Of a stretch of DNA of 64,000 nt, positions 39,260-47,784 are shown one piece after another. The DNA is from Gammaproteobacteria bacterium (GTDB lineage Bacteria; Pseudomonadota; Gammaproteobacteria; Steroidobacterales; Foliamicaceae). The DNA is taken from the NCBI GenBank assembly GCA_963666765.1, contig OY762933.1, positions 129,814-193,813 on the forward strand, in the 5' to 3' direction. A program made the position numbers and the translations under genes. Under the pieces are notes generated by a model. It ran no database searches. It saw only the letters and a list, made by a program, of their open reading frames with translations, and was not told the origin of the DNA. Numbering within the stretch: the first letter of the stretch is position 1; the number at the start of each line of letters is the position of its first letter.

Positions 39260-41458
39260 TCAAAAGCCCACGTGAACCTGCAGCGCCATCGAGCGGCCTG
39301 CGCCGGGGTAGCCCAGGGCCGCGCCGATGCCGGCAAGGTCCTTGGTGCGGTCGTTCAGCGAGGTATACCGCACCGCGTTCTGGTAATACTCCTTGTCCAG
39401 CAGGTTGCGCACCACCATCGAGACTTGCACGCCGTTCAGGAAGGTGATGCCGGCGCGAAGGTTGGTGAGCATGACGCTTTCCTGACCGACTTCGGTCTCG
39501 TTGAACTGGTTGTGGTAAACCTGCGAGCGGTAGGCGACCTGGGCCGTGGCCGAGAACGTTCCGGGGCCGATGTCGGTGCTGTAATTCAGCGTGGACGTGA
39601 CCGAGACCTCCGGCGCGTTGACCAGGTTGTTGCCCTCGACGTTGATGACGTTGGGCACCCGCCCGGCGTCCGTCGTGATGAACCCGTAACGGCTTGCGAA
39701 ATCGTCATACTCGGCGTTGAGCACCATGGCGGACAGGTCCCAGGTGAACTGGTCGGAAAGCACCGTGGATACGTCCAGTTCAAGGCCCGTGACGGTGGCT
39801 TCCGCTGCGTTGGTTACGCGGACCGTGCCTTCGGTGAAGGTCGAAACCTGCAGGTCGGTGTAGTCGTAGTAGAACACCGCGACGTTTGCGATCGCGCGGC
39901 CGTCGGCCAGCGTGGACTTGCCTCCCGCTTCCAGGTTCCAGATGTACTCGGGATCGAACGCGGGTTCGGGCCCCAGTGAATTGGTACCGCCGGACTTGAA
40001 CCCACGGGTCAGCGTGGTGTACAGCAGAATGCTGTCGCTGTAGTCGAACTTGAGGCCCAGCTTGGGGGTGAATGCGCTCCAGTCGTCTGTGGAATTCCGG
40101 CCGCCGAAATTGAGGGTCAGGTTCATGGGATCGCTGGGACCGAACAGGCCGTCGAAATTGCCGGGGTTCAGGCCACGCAGGTTCCAGTCTTCCTTCTCCT
40201 CGTTGCTGTAGCGCACCCCCACGATGCCGTCGAGGCGGTCATTGAAGTGCCAGGTGAGCTCGCCGAAGCCGGCCCAGACATCGGTCTTGTTGGTGGCGAA
40301 AATGTTGAACGCGCCGCCGAAGTTGATGGCCGGGAGGCCGAGGGCCTCTTCCTTGTCCTCGGTGAAGTAGTACAGCCCGGCGATCCACTCGTAATCCGGG
40401 CAGTCGCAGGCCAGGCGGATCTCTTCGGAGAACTGGTCCGTGTCGCGCTCGAAATGCGTCTGGGTCACGAAGATCTCGGTCCCGTCGGTGTTGAACCGAA
40501 AGCTGTCCTCGAACTGGCGGTAGCCGGTAATCGAGGTCAGCGTCAGCCCGCCGCCCAGGTCCGCCGTCACCTCGGCGGTAATGCCGCCGATGGTCCACTG
40601 CTGGAAGCTGTCCACCTCGTTGCGCGTCTGGTCGAAGTCCGGAACCGGCTGTGCGCCTTCGGCCGCCGAGCGGTGTAGGTCACCGCGCGGGCGGATGGTG
40701 AGGTTGTCACCGTCGAAGTCCGTGTAATCGCCGATGACCTTGGCGCTGATCGTGTCGGAAAGCGCGAAGGTGACCGTCGCGCGGGCAGCTATGGTCTCGC
40801 CGCCGTCGATTTCGTCGCCGCCCCTGGGGTCCAGGTCCTCGGTGAAGCCGCCGTCGCTGCCGTAGCGCACCGCCAGGCGGAAGCCCGCGTTTTCGCCGAT
40901 CGGGCCGCCGTAGGCCGCTTCGCCGTCATAGCGGTTGAAGTTGCCGAGCATGAGGTTCACGTAGCCTTCGGATTCATCGCCGGGTTCGCGGTGGATGATG
41001 TTGATCACGCCGGCGGTGGCGTTACGGCCGTAGAGCGTGCCCTGCGGCCCGCGCAGCACTTCGACGCGCTCCACGTCGAGGAACTGGTTCAGGCCCATCT
41101 GCGCACGGCCCTGGTAGACGCCGTCCTGGTGCACGGCCACGGACGAATCCTGGCCGATGCCGAGCAGGTTGGTGCCCACGCCGCGGATGTAGAGCTGTGC
41201 TTCGCCGCCGAGCCGGCTGAAAACCAGCGAAGGCACGTCGAGGCTCAGGTCCTCGATTTCATCCAGCCCGCCACTCTCCAGCAGGTCGCCGCTGACGGCG
41301 GTGATTGCCAGCGCGGTGTCCTGGATCGATGCCTCGCGTTTTTCCGCGGTGACGATGATTTCTTCTAGGATGCTTTCCTGTGCCGCCACGTTTGCCGCGG
41401 TCATCATGCAGCCGCTGATAAGTGCGGCCAGCGATAGCCGCAGTAAACGAGTTTTCAT
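39260..41458 (-). CDS. TonB-dependent receptor
   Basis: ATG 41458 gives MKTRLLRLSLAALISGCMMTAANVAAQE. Plug EEIIVTAEKREASIQDTALAITAV. Terminal ...LQVHVGF. Confidence 0.92.
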   Translation of the reverse strand: MKTRLLRLSLAALISGCMMTAANVAAQESILEEIIVTAEKREASIQDTALAITAVSGDLLESGGLDEIEDLSLDVPSLVFSRLGGEAQLYIRGVGTNLLGIGQDSSVAVHQDGVYQGRAQMGLNQFLDVERVEVLRGPQGTLYGRNATAGVINIIHREPGDESEGYVNLMLGNFNRYDGEAAYGGPIGENAGFRLAVRYGSDGGFTEDLDPRGGDEIDGGETIAARATVTFALSDTISAKVIGDYTDFDGDNLTIRPRGDLHRSAAEGAQPVPDFDQTRNEVDSFQQWTIGGITAEVTADLGGGLTLTSITGYRQFEDSFRFNTDGTEIFVTQTHFERDTDQFSEEIRLACDCPDYEWIAGLYYFTEDKEEALGLPAINFGGAFNIFATNKTDVWAGFGELTWHFNDRLDGIVGVRYSNEEKEDWNLRGLNPGNFDGLFGPSDPMNLTLNFGGRNSTDDWSAFTPKLGLKFDYSDSILLYTTLTRGFKSGGTNSLGPEPAFDPEYIWNLEAGGKSTLADGRAIANVAVFYYDYTDLQVSTFTEGTVRVTNAAEATVTGLELDVSTVLSDQFTWDLSAMVLNAEYDDFASRYGFITTDAGRVPNVINVEGNNLVNAPEVSVTSTLNYSTDIGPGTFSATAQVAYRSQVYHNQFNETEVGQESVMLTNLRAGITFLNGVQVSMVVRNLLDKEYYQNAVRYTSLNDRTKDLAGIGAALGYPGAGRSMALQVHVGF

Positions 41459-41484
41459 GCGTACTTCTCCTGTTAGGGGTTCAT

Positions 41485-41511
41485 AAAAATGCGGCGGCCC
41501 CTGCGGCCGCC
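41485..41511 (-). terminator. intrinsic terminator-like hairpin (minus strand) 27 nt upstream of the receptor start
   Basis: Minus strand reads GGCGGCC-GCAGG-GGCCGCC-GC-ATTTTTAT: a 7-bp GC stem, 5-nt loop and T-run. The plus strand has no T-run. Confidence 0.6.
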
Positions 41512-41553
41512 AGAATCGGAGCATGATAACGGATTGCGCGTGCAATACCTAAT

Positions 41554-41622
41554 CCCCGTGAGCGAGGGCGTTGCCCTCACGGCGTCCCGCCCTCCACGAA
41601 GGCGAGACGGCTTCGCTCCCGG
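41554..41622. repeat. REP-like element (copy 7)
   Basis: CCCCGTGAGCGAGGGCGTTGCCCTCACGGCGTCCCGCCCTCCACGAAGGCGAGACGGCTTCGCTCCCGG. Hairpin GTGAGCGAGGGC/GCCCTCAC plus shared modules. Confidence 0.7.
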
Positions 41623-41625
41623 AAC

Positions 41626-42336
41626 TCACACCTTGAGTCGTACGTTGCCGTGCCGGCGAAAGGCGGCTGCGACCTGGTCGAACACCACGCCCACGCGGAT
41701 CACGCTGAAGTCGCGGAAGTCGATGATGGTGCTGGAGTGGCCTTGCGGGTTGGCGTATTTCGACAGCCCGTAGTCGAAATACACGCTGGCCGCTTCACGC
41801 ACCGGCGCCTCGATGTCCTCGTAGCGGTATTTCGAGCCCTGCAGCGACGTGTTGGCCGACGATCCGAATACCGGCATGCCGCGCTCCCAGGACTGGCGCG
41901 CGATCTCGTTGTGGAACTGCCCGGCGTTGAGCAGCATGTCCATGGTCTCGGCCTTGGTGGACGACTGCATCACGAAGGGATCGACGCGGGCGAAGAACTC
42001 GTGTTCCGTGCGAAACGGCGCGACGATGGAGAAGGGGATGTCCTCCTCGCGCACGATGGTCGCGGCCAGGTCGTGCTTCCAGTCGTCCATGACGTGGATC
42101 GCGCGGCTCATTGCGGTGTTGGCGAACAGTCCGCCCGGTTTCTCGTAGCTGCGCTTCTTGGCCGCGTAGATGCGCCGGATGCCCGGCTCGGTGCAGGCGT
42201 TGACCGCGTAGGCGACGTCCAGCGGCGCGATCGCGACTTCGCCGGCGGCGATGGTGTCAAGCAGCAGGGCCACGTCGGCCTGCAACTGTTCGGTCGGGAC
42301 CGGGTCGGCGGTGGTGCGTTCTTTGGACATAAGCAA
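41626..42336 (-). CDS. Sua5/YciO/YrdC-family domain protein
   Basis: 236 aa. AAGEVAIAPLDVAYAVNACTEPGIRRIYAAKKRSYEKPGGLF fits the YrdC-fold motif (..PTDT.Y.L......A...I...K.R...KP). Last gene of the hyuAB-prpD operon. Confidence 0.65.
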   Translation of the reverse strand: MLMSKERTTADPVPTEQLQADVALLLDTIAAGEVAIAPLDVAYAVNACTEPGIRRIYAAKKRSYEKPGGLFANTAMSRAIHVMDDWKHDLAATIVREEDIPFSIVAPFRTEHEFFARVDPFVMQSSTKAETMDMLLNAGQFHNEIARQSWERGMPVFGSSANTSLQGSKYRYEDIEAPVREAASVYFDYGLSKYANPQGHSSTIIDFRDFSVIRVGVVFDQVAAAFRRHGNVRLKV

Positions 42337-42338
42337 AT

Positions 42339-43715
42339 TCAGGAGCAGAAAGGCGTAAGAAGGGAATCAATCAGGCGAAGACCGGCCAGGTTATCCAGCC
42401 GTGCGGCAACCTCCTGGCCGCTGATGCCGTTGTCGCCGGTGGTCAGTCCGTCGAACTTCGCGATCAGGTCGGCGCGATGCATGGGGTTGGCCGGCGTGCC
42501 GAGGCTGTCCAGCACGTCGGAGCGGCGCGTCTCGCCGTTACGGGCCTTCAGTTCAAGCCAGCTCCCGAAGTGTGAGGGAAAGGCCGCCTGCATGCCGGCA
42601 TCGGCCACCGCCTCGACGCGGTCGGCGATCGCCAGCGTGCGGGGGTCCTCCAGCGCCTCGCCCATGAAGCCGGCCACCGAGCTCGGACCGTGGTAGAGCG
42701 CTGCGCCCAGCGTGAACGGCAGGCTGTATTGCGCGGCCATCTCGGAGGTCGGGCGGCGCAGCATGTGCTGGGTAACCATGATGTCGGGACCGCCCACCAC
42801 GATGGAATCGATCTCCCGCGGATCCAGGCTGAAACCGCCGGTAACCTCGGCGAGTGCGTCGAGCGTCGAGTGAAACAGGCGGCAGCAGGGGTAGGGCTTG
42901 TAGCTGATTCTGTGGATCTCCGGCCCGTCGGGGTGGGGGCGGTTGAGCCGCTCGGGATCGGAATTGGCGCCGAAGTTGCTGATCAGGCCGTAGCGGCCCT
43001 CCAGCGCCTGCTCGGGCCCGGCGATGCCCAGCGAGGCGTGTTCCGCGGCCATCACGCCGTGCAGCGCGGCGTAGCCGCCGTGCAGGCGCTTGACGGTGGT
43101 GCCTTCCGGTTCCTGGCTGAACTGCATGGAGCCGCCGGCCATGGACAGGACCAGCCCCCAGCCGCGCGCCAGTTCCCTGGGCGGGAGCTTGAGCAGCACG
43201 GCTGCCGCCGCCGCCGCGCCGAAGCCGACGAAAAGGCTGGTGGGATGAAAGCCCAGTTCGATGGTCTCGGCCGCGTTGGTGGCCGCGCCCACGCGTCCGA
43301 CCGCCTCGTAACCGGCGTAAATCGCCGCCGCGAGTTGCGGCCCGCCGAGCCCGTGGTGGGCGGCGAGCGCCAGGCTGGAGGCGATCACGGCCGCGCCAGG
43401 GTGGCTGACGGACTCGTCATGGGTGTCGTCAAGTTCCAGGCCATGGGCCGCGGTGGCGTTCACGAACGCCGCCAGGGCCGGGGCCAGTCGCATATTCGAC
43501 GCCAGCAGCGGAGCGTTGCCCGAACCACCGTGCGGCGTTGCCCATTCGTGCAGGCGCCGGCCCCAGGCCAGCAGCGAACCGGCGTAGCAGCAGCCCAGGT
43601 GGTCCAGTATCAGGTTCCGGATCTGCCCAAGGTCGCGCTCCGCAAGCGGCGTGTCGGCCACCGCCAGCAGTTCCTCGGCCAGCGCCAGGCTGCGCGCGTT
43701 CCCGGCGACGGTCAC
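42339..43715 (-). CDS. MmgE/PrpD-family protein (1)
   Basis: 458 aa. Typical family blocks (LILDHLGCCYAG, ATAAHGLELDDTH, HPGAAVI). GTG start overlaps the hyuB stop (GTGA). Confidence 0.85.
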   Translation of the reverse strand: MTVAGNARSLALAEELLAVADTPLAERDLGQIRNLILDHLGCCYAGSLLAWGRRLHEWATPHGGSGNAPLLASNMRLAPALAAFVNATAAHGLELDDTHDESVSHPGAAVIASSLALAAHHGLGGPQLAAAIYAGYEAVGRVGAATNAAETIELGFHPTSLFVGFGAAAAAAVLLKLPPRELARGWGLVLSMAGGSMQFSQEPEGTTVKRLHGGYAALHGVMAAEHASLGIAGPEQALEGRYGLISNFGANSDPERLNRPHPDGPEIHRISYKPYPCCRLFHSTLDALAEVTGGFSLDPREIDSIVVGGPDIMVTQHMLRRPTSEMAAQYSLPFTLGAALYHGPSSVAGFMGEALEDPRTLAIADRVEAVADAGMQAAFPSHFGSWLELKARNGETRRSDVLDSLGTPANPMHRADLIAKFDGLTTGDNGISGQEVAARLDNLAGLRLIDSLLTPFCS

Positions 43716-45562
43716 GAGCGTTTTTCCTGGGGAGGGCGGGACGCCTCCTTCCCGGCGCGCAGGGTTAAGGTTGCGGCCTCATCCGGCGCGCCGCTGTCGG
43801 GGTCGATCACTACGCCGTAGTGCTCGCGCGCCTGCTCGCCGGAAAGCAGGCCGTCGAGCACATCGGCGGTCACGCTGCGGGGATCACGCTCAAACGGGTC
43901 GCCGTAGCCGCCGCCGGACACCAGCGTGATCTCCAGCCGGTCGCCGGCGTTGAAACGGGCGTGCGACACCTTGGCCGGCAGTTCCTGTTCCTCCGCGGCG
44001 CCTGGATTGACCGTCACCCGGCCGGGCAGGCCGTCGCCGCCGCCGAAGATTCCCCGCGGCGGGTCGCCGGAGCGGTTGTCGCCGGTGGAACTCACCGCCG
44101 CGCCCTCGAGAAAGCGCCAGGTCTTGACCGCGCCCATGCCGCCGCGCCACCGTCCCGGCGCCGGCGCCTCGTCGCGCAGCTCGTAGCGTTCGCACAGCAT
44201 CGGCGCCGACAGTTCCATTTCTTCCAGCGGGTTGTTGCGGGTATTGGCCATCAGCGTATCCACGGCATCGAGTCCGTCGCGGCCGTGGCGGCCGCCGTAC
44301 GAGCCCTCGTTGATCTCCACGTTGATCTGGTACTTGCCCCGGTACGACTCGAACGAATACACGAAGCAGGAAACATTGGCCGAATTGCCCCCGGTGACCC
44401 GCTCCGGCAGGGCCTCGCTGAGCGCAAGCAGCACCTGGTCGGGAATGCGGTTGATCTGGGTGAAGCGGGCTTCGCAGCCGCGCGGGTAGATCGGGTTGAA
44501 AATGCTTCCTTTCGGCGCGTGGGCGTAAACCGGCCGGAAAACGCCGTCGTTCTGCGGCACGCCCGCGCCCTCGGCGGTCTCGTCCAGCAACAGGGCGCGC
44601 ACCGCGAAGTTCACCGCCGGCAGCACGCTGCCCTCGAAGGGGCAGTTGAAGCCGGTGGCGGTCTGCGGCGCGGTGCCGGTCAGGTCCACGCAGATGTCGC
44701 CGCCTCGCACCAGCACGCGCGTCGCGATCTTCAGCGGCTTGCCGAAATGCTTCCCGTCGTCCTCCAGCCAGGCGTCTGGCGCCGCGTACTCGCCGTCGGG
44801 CAGCTCCTCGATGCGCGCACGCATCCGGCGCTCGGCATAATTCATCCACTCTTCGGCCGCGCTCATGACACGGTCCAGGCCATGTTGTGCGACCAGCCCG
44901 GCAAAGCGCCGCTCGCCCAGCCGGCAGCAGGCGATCATCGCTTCGAGGTCGCCGGCGTTGGCCTCGGGCGTGCGCACGTTGTCCATGATGAGCGACCACA
45001 GGCCCTCGCTCCGCTCGCCGGCGGCGTGCAGTTTCACCGCGTCCAGGATCTGGCCCTCGGCGAAGAAGTCCGGCACGTCCACGGAAAACCCGGGATCGGC
45101 GGCCCCGATGTCCACCATGTGGCCGGTGCAGCCGGCGAACCCGACGTGTACGTCGCCCACGAACAGCGGCAGCAGCACGCCGTAATCGGGGCTGTGCGAG
45201 GCGCCGTAATAGGGGTGGTTGTGGAGATAGACGTCGCCGGGCCGGTAGTTTCCCCGGTGCTTGCGGTCGATGCCGCGCACGTAGGCGGGCAGCGAGCCGC
45301 AGTGCATGGGGGTGGAATCGCTCTCGCACAACTGCCGCCCGTCGAAGTCCAGCAGCGCCGCGCCGATGTCGCGGGATTCGCGCATCACGCTGGAATAGGC
45401 CATGCGCACCAGGAGTTCGGCCATTTCGCGGGCGATGGAGTGCAGGGCGCCGCCGATCACCTGCAGCGAGACCGGATCGACCTCCACCGGGTTCCAGCGC
45501 CGCTCGCCGTGCCGGCCCAAGCCGGTGCTGCGCGCCTGGTCGAGTCCGGGCCAGAGTTTCAT
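43712..45562 (-). CDS. hyuB: hydantoinase B/oxoprolinase-family protein (cluster 2)
   Basis: 616 aa. DPVSLQVIGGALHSIAREMAELLVRMAYSSVMRESRD, GDVYLHNHPYYGASHSPD. The C-terminal ~15 codons are encoded by a REP-like unit. Confidence 0.88.
   Translation of the reverse strand: MKLWPGLDQARSTGLGRHGERRWNPVEVDPVSLQVIGGALHSIAREMAELLVRMAYSSVMRESRDIGAALLDFDGRQLCESDSTPMHCGSLPAYVRGIDRKHRGNYRPGDVYLHNHPYYGASHSPDYGVLLPLFVGDVHVGFAGCTGHMVDIGAADPGFSVDVPDFFAEGQILDAVKLHAAGERSEGLWSLIMDNVRTPEANAGDLEAMIACCRLGERRFAGLVAQHGLDRVMSAAEEWMNYAERRMRARIEELPDGEYAAPDAWLEDDGKHFGKPLKIATRVLVRGGDICVDLTGTAPQTATGFNCPFEGSVLPAVNFAVRALLLDETAEGAGVPQNDGVFRPVYAHAPKGSIFNPIYPRGCEARFTQINRIPDQVLLALSEALPERVTGGNSANVSCFVYSFESYRGKYQINVEINEGSYGGRHGRDGLDAVDTLMANTRNNPLEEMELSAPMLCERYELRDEAPAPGRWRGGMGAVKTWRFLEGAAVSSTGDNRSGDPPRGIFGGGDGLPGRVTVNPGAAEEQELPAKVSHARFNAGDRLEITLVSGGGYGDPFERDPRSVTADVLDGLLSGEQAREHYGVVIDPDSGAPDEAATLTLRAGKEASRPPQEKRS
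43726..43755. repeat. REP-like unit (copy 8) inside the hyuB 3' end
   Basis: CCTGGGGAGGGCGGGACGCCTCCTTCCCGG. Same GGAGGGCGGGACGCC core. Confidence 0.55.
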
Positions 45563-47676
45563 GTCGGGAGGGAAGGCGTCCCGCCTTCCGCAAGGGCGGG
45601 GACACCCTCTTTACCGGGGGTCAGCCGGAGGTTGGAATAGCGGTCCACGCGTGCCTGCCAACCCGGGGGGATTGCGGTGGTGGTATCGGACTGCTCAACG
45701 ATGGCGGGGCCTTCGATCCGGTGGCCCGGCTTGAGCCGGGACCGGCGATAGAAGTCGGTAGGCCGGGGATCGGTCAAGCCGGGAAAGCGGCAGGGCGCGG
45801 TCAGCAGCGGCTCGGTGTCCACGGTGGCCGTCTCCGCGGCGTGCGCGGATACGAGAGGCTTGCCGGGCACGTAGGCGGATACGCCGAGGTTGATGACCCG
45901 CACCGGCATGTCCGGGTATGCGCGCAGATAAGCGCGCTCGTGCTCGGCATCGAAGCGTGCGCGCAACGCCCCGGCCCACGCGGCATTGATTTCGCCGGCC
46001 GGTGTCTCCACCGCCAGTTCGTTGCCCTGGCCGGCATAGCGGCACTCGGCCAAGAGTTTCAGGCGCACTTCATCCGCGCCGAATCCGTCGCCTGCAAGCC
46101 GCCCGGTGGCCTCCCGCGTCATTTCATCGAACTGGTCCGAGACCGCCCTGTAGTTCAGATCGTCCAGGTCGCTCCACAGCGTTGCCTTGAATTCGTAGCG
46201 CACCTGCGCGCACAGGAGCCCGCCGGCCGCGCCTACGCCGGGATGCGGCGGGACCAGCACTTCGCCGATGGCGAGCGCCCCGGCCACCGGCGCGGCGAAG
46301 GCCCCGCCTGCGCCGCCATAGGCTATCAGCGTGAATTCGCGCGGGTCAAAGCCCTTGGACACGCTGGCCAGGCGCATCGCCTCGACCATGTTGTTGACCG
46401 CGATATCGAAAATGCCTCCGGCGGCGTCCTCCGGCGTCAGGCCCAGCGGCTCCGCAACGTGCCGGCGGACGGATTCGCGGGCCCGGTCCGGCTTCAGGGT
46501 GGGCACGGCGTCCGCCAGGTGGGCGGCGCGGTACCAGCCGCTCACCAGCAGCGCATCGGTTACGGTGGGCTGTTCGCCGCCCCTGCCGTAGCAGGCGGGG
46601 CCGGGATCGGCGCCGGCGCTTTGCGGACCCACGCGGAACATGCCTTCGGGGTCCAGCCAGGCGATCGAGCCGCCGCCGGCGCCCAGCGTGGCGATGTCCA
46701 CCATGGGCGTCATCACGTCATAGTCGCCCACCTGGGTATCGAGCAGGCTGCGCATGCGCATTTCGCCGTCCGGCGCCACGCCGATGTCCGCGGACGTGCC
46801 GCCCACGTCCAGTGTTATGACGTTCCTGCGCCCGATCTCATTGCCGGCCTCGATGCCGGCGATCAACGCGCCCACCGGCCCGGAAAGCAGGAGGTTCACC
46901 GGCCGCCGGTAGGCCTCGGCCGGCGCGACCATGCCGCCGCCGGAGGTCATCAGGCGCAATTGCGCCGGCACGCCGGCCTCCTCCAGCGCGCCGGCGAAGC
47001 GGCGCACGTAGCGGCCGGTCACGGGGCCCACGTAAGCGTTCATCGCCGTGGTGGAAAAGCGTTCGTATTCGCGCACGAGTGGCGCGATCTCGTGACTGGC
47101 GGTTATGTACGCTTCCGGGAACTCGCGCCGGGCGATTTCCGCGATGCGCTTTTCGTGCTCCGGGTTCAGGAAGGAAAAAAGGCAGCACACGGCGACGGAT
47201 TCGACGCCCTGGTCCTTGAGACGCTCAATGGCCTCGCGCACGTCGTCCTCATTCAGCGGCACTTCGACTTCGCCGCCGGGAGCGCGGATCCTCTCCCGCA
47301 CTGTCATCCGCCAGCGGCGCGGGGCCAGGGGACGGCTCTGGCGGGCGATTTCCTGGTAGTGCGAGAAGTTGTACGGCCGGTCCTTGCGCCCGATGTGCAG
47401 GACGTCGCGAAAGCCGCGCGTGGTGATCAGGCCGGTCTTCGCTCCCTTGCGCTCCAGCAGCGCGTTAGTGGCGACGGTGGTGCCGTGACAGCAGAACTCG
47501 ATGTCGGCGAAATCCAGCCCCGCCTTGCGCAGCAGTTTCTCGGCGCCCTGCATGGCGGCGCGGGCCGGGTCCCGCGGGGTAGAGGCGAGCTTGTGGGTCG
47601 CCAGCACCTGTCCGTCGCGGCCGGCGGCTATAAGGTCCGTGAACGTTCCGCCGATGTCGATGCCGATACGCGCCAA
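45559..47676 (-). CDS. hyuA: hydantoinase A/oxoprolinase-family protein (cluster 2)
   Basis: In-frame TTG 47676 gives (M)ARIGIDIGGTFTDLIAAGRDGQ. The 1045-aa track ORF is an artefactual 5' extension. The stop overlaps the hyuB ATG (ATGA). The last ~20 codons are REP-encoded. Confidence 0.88.
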   Translation of the reverse strand: MARIGIDIGGTFTDLIAAGRDGQVLATHKLASTPRDPARAAMQGAEKLLRKAGLDFADIEFCCHGTTVATNALLERKGAKTGLITTRGFRDVLHIGRKDRPYNFSHYQEIARQSRPLAPRRWRMTVRERIRAPGGEVEVPLNEDDVREAIERLKDQGVESVAVCCLFSFLNPEHEKRIAEIARREFPEAYITASHEIAPLVREYERFSTTAMNAYVGPVTGRYVRRFAGALEEAGVPAQLRLMTSGGGMVAPAEAYRRPVNLLLSGPVGALIAGIEAGNEIGRRNVITLDVGGTSADIGVAPDGEMRMRSLLDTQVGDYDVMTPMVDIATLGAGGGSIAWLDPEGMFRVGPQSAGADPGPACYGRGGEQPTVTDALLVSGWYRAAHLADAVPTLKPDRARESVRRHVAEPLGLTPEDAAGGIFDIAVNNMVEAMRLASVSKGFDPREFTLIAYGGAGGAFAAPVAGALAIGEVLVPPHPGVGAAGGLLCAQVRYEFKATLWSDLDDLNYRAVSDQFDEMTREATGRLAGDGFGADEVRLKLLAECRYAGQGNELAVETPAGEINAAWAGALRARFDAEHERAYLRAYPDMPVRVINLGVSAYVPGKPLVSAHAAETATVDTEPLLTAPCRFPGLTDPRPTDFYRRSRLKPGHRIEGPAIVEQSDTTTAIPPGWQARVDRYSNLRLTPGKEGVPALAEGGTPSLPT
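45565..45620. repeat. REP-like element (copy 9) inside the hyuA 3' end
   Basis: CGGGAGGGAAGGCGTCCCGCCTTCCGCAAGGGCGGGGACACCCTC, with hairpin GGAAGGCG-TCC-CGCCTTCC. Confidence 0.65.
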
Positions 47677-47784
47677 GATGCCCGCGCCTCTCCGCGCGCC
47701 TGATAAGGACGGCGAATTTTCGCACAGTGGCGGTTGCGGCTGACACGCTGGCTCCGTACCAGGTCGTGTAAGGTTCCGGCTGCC

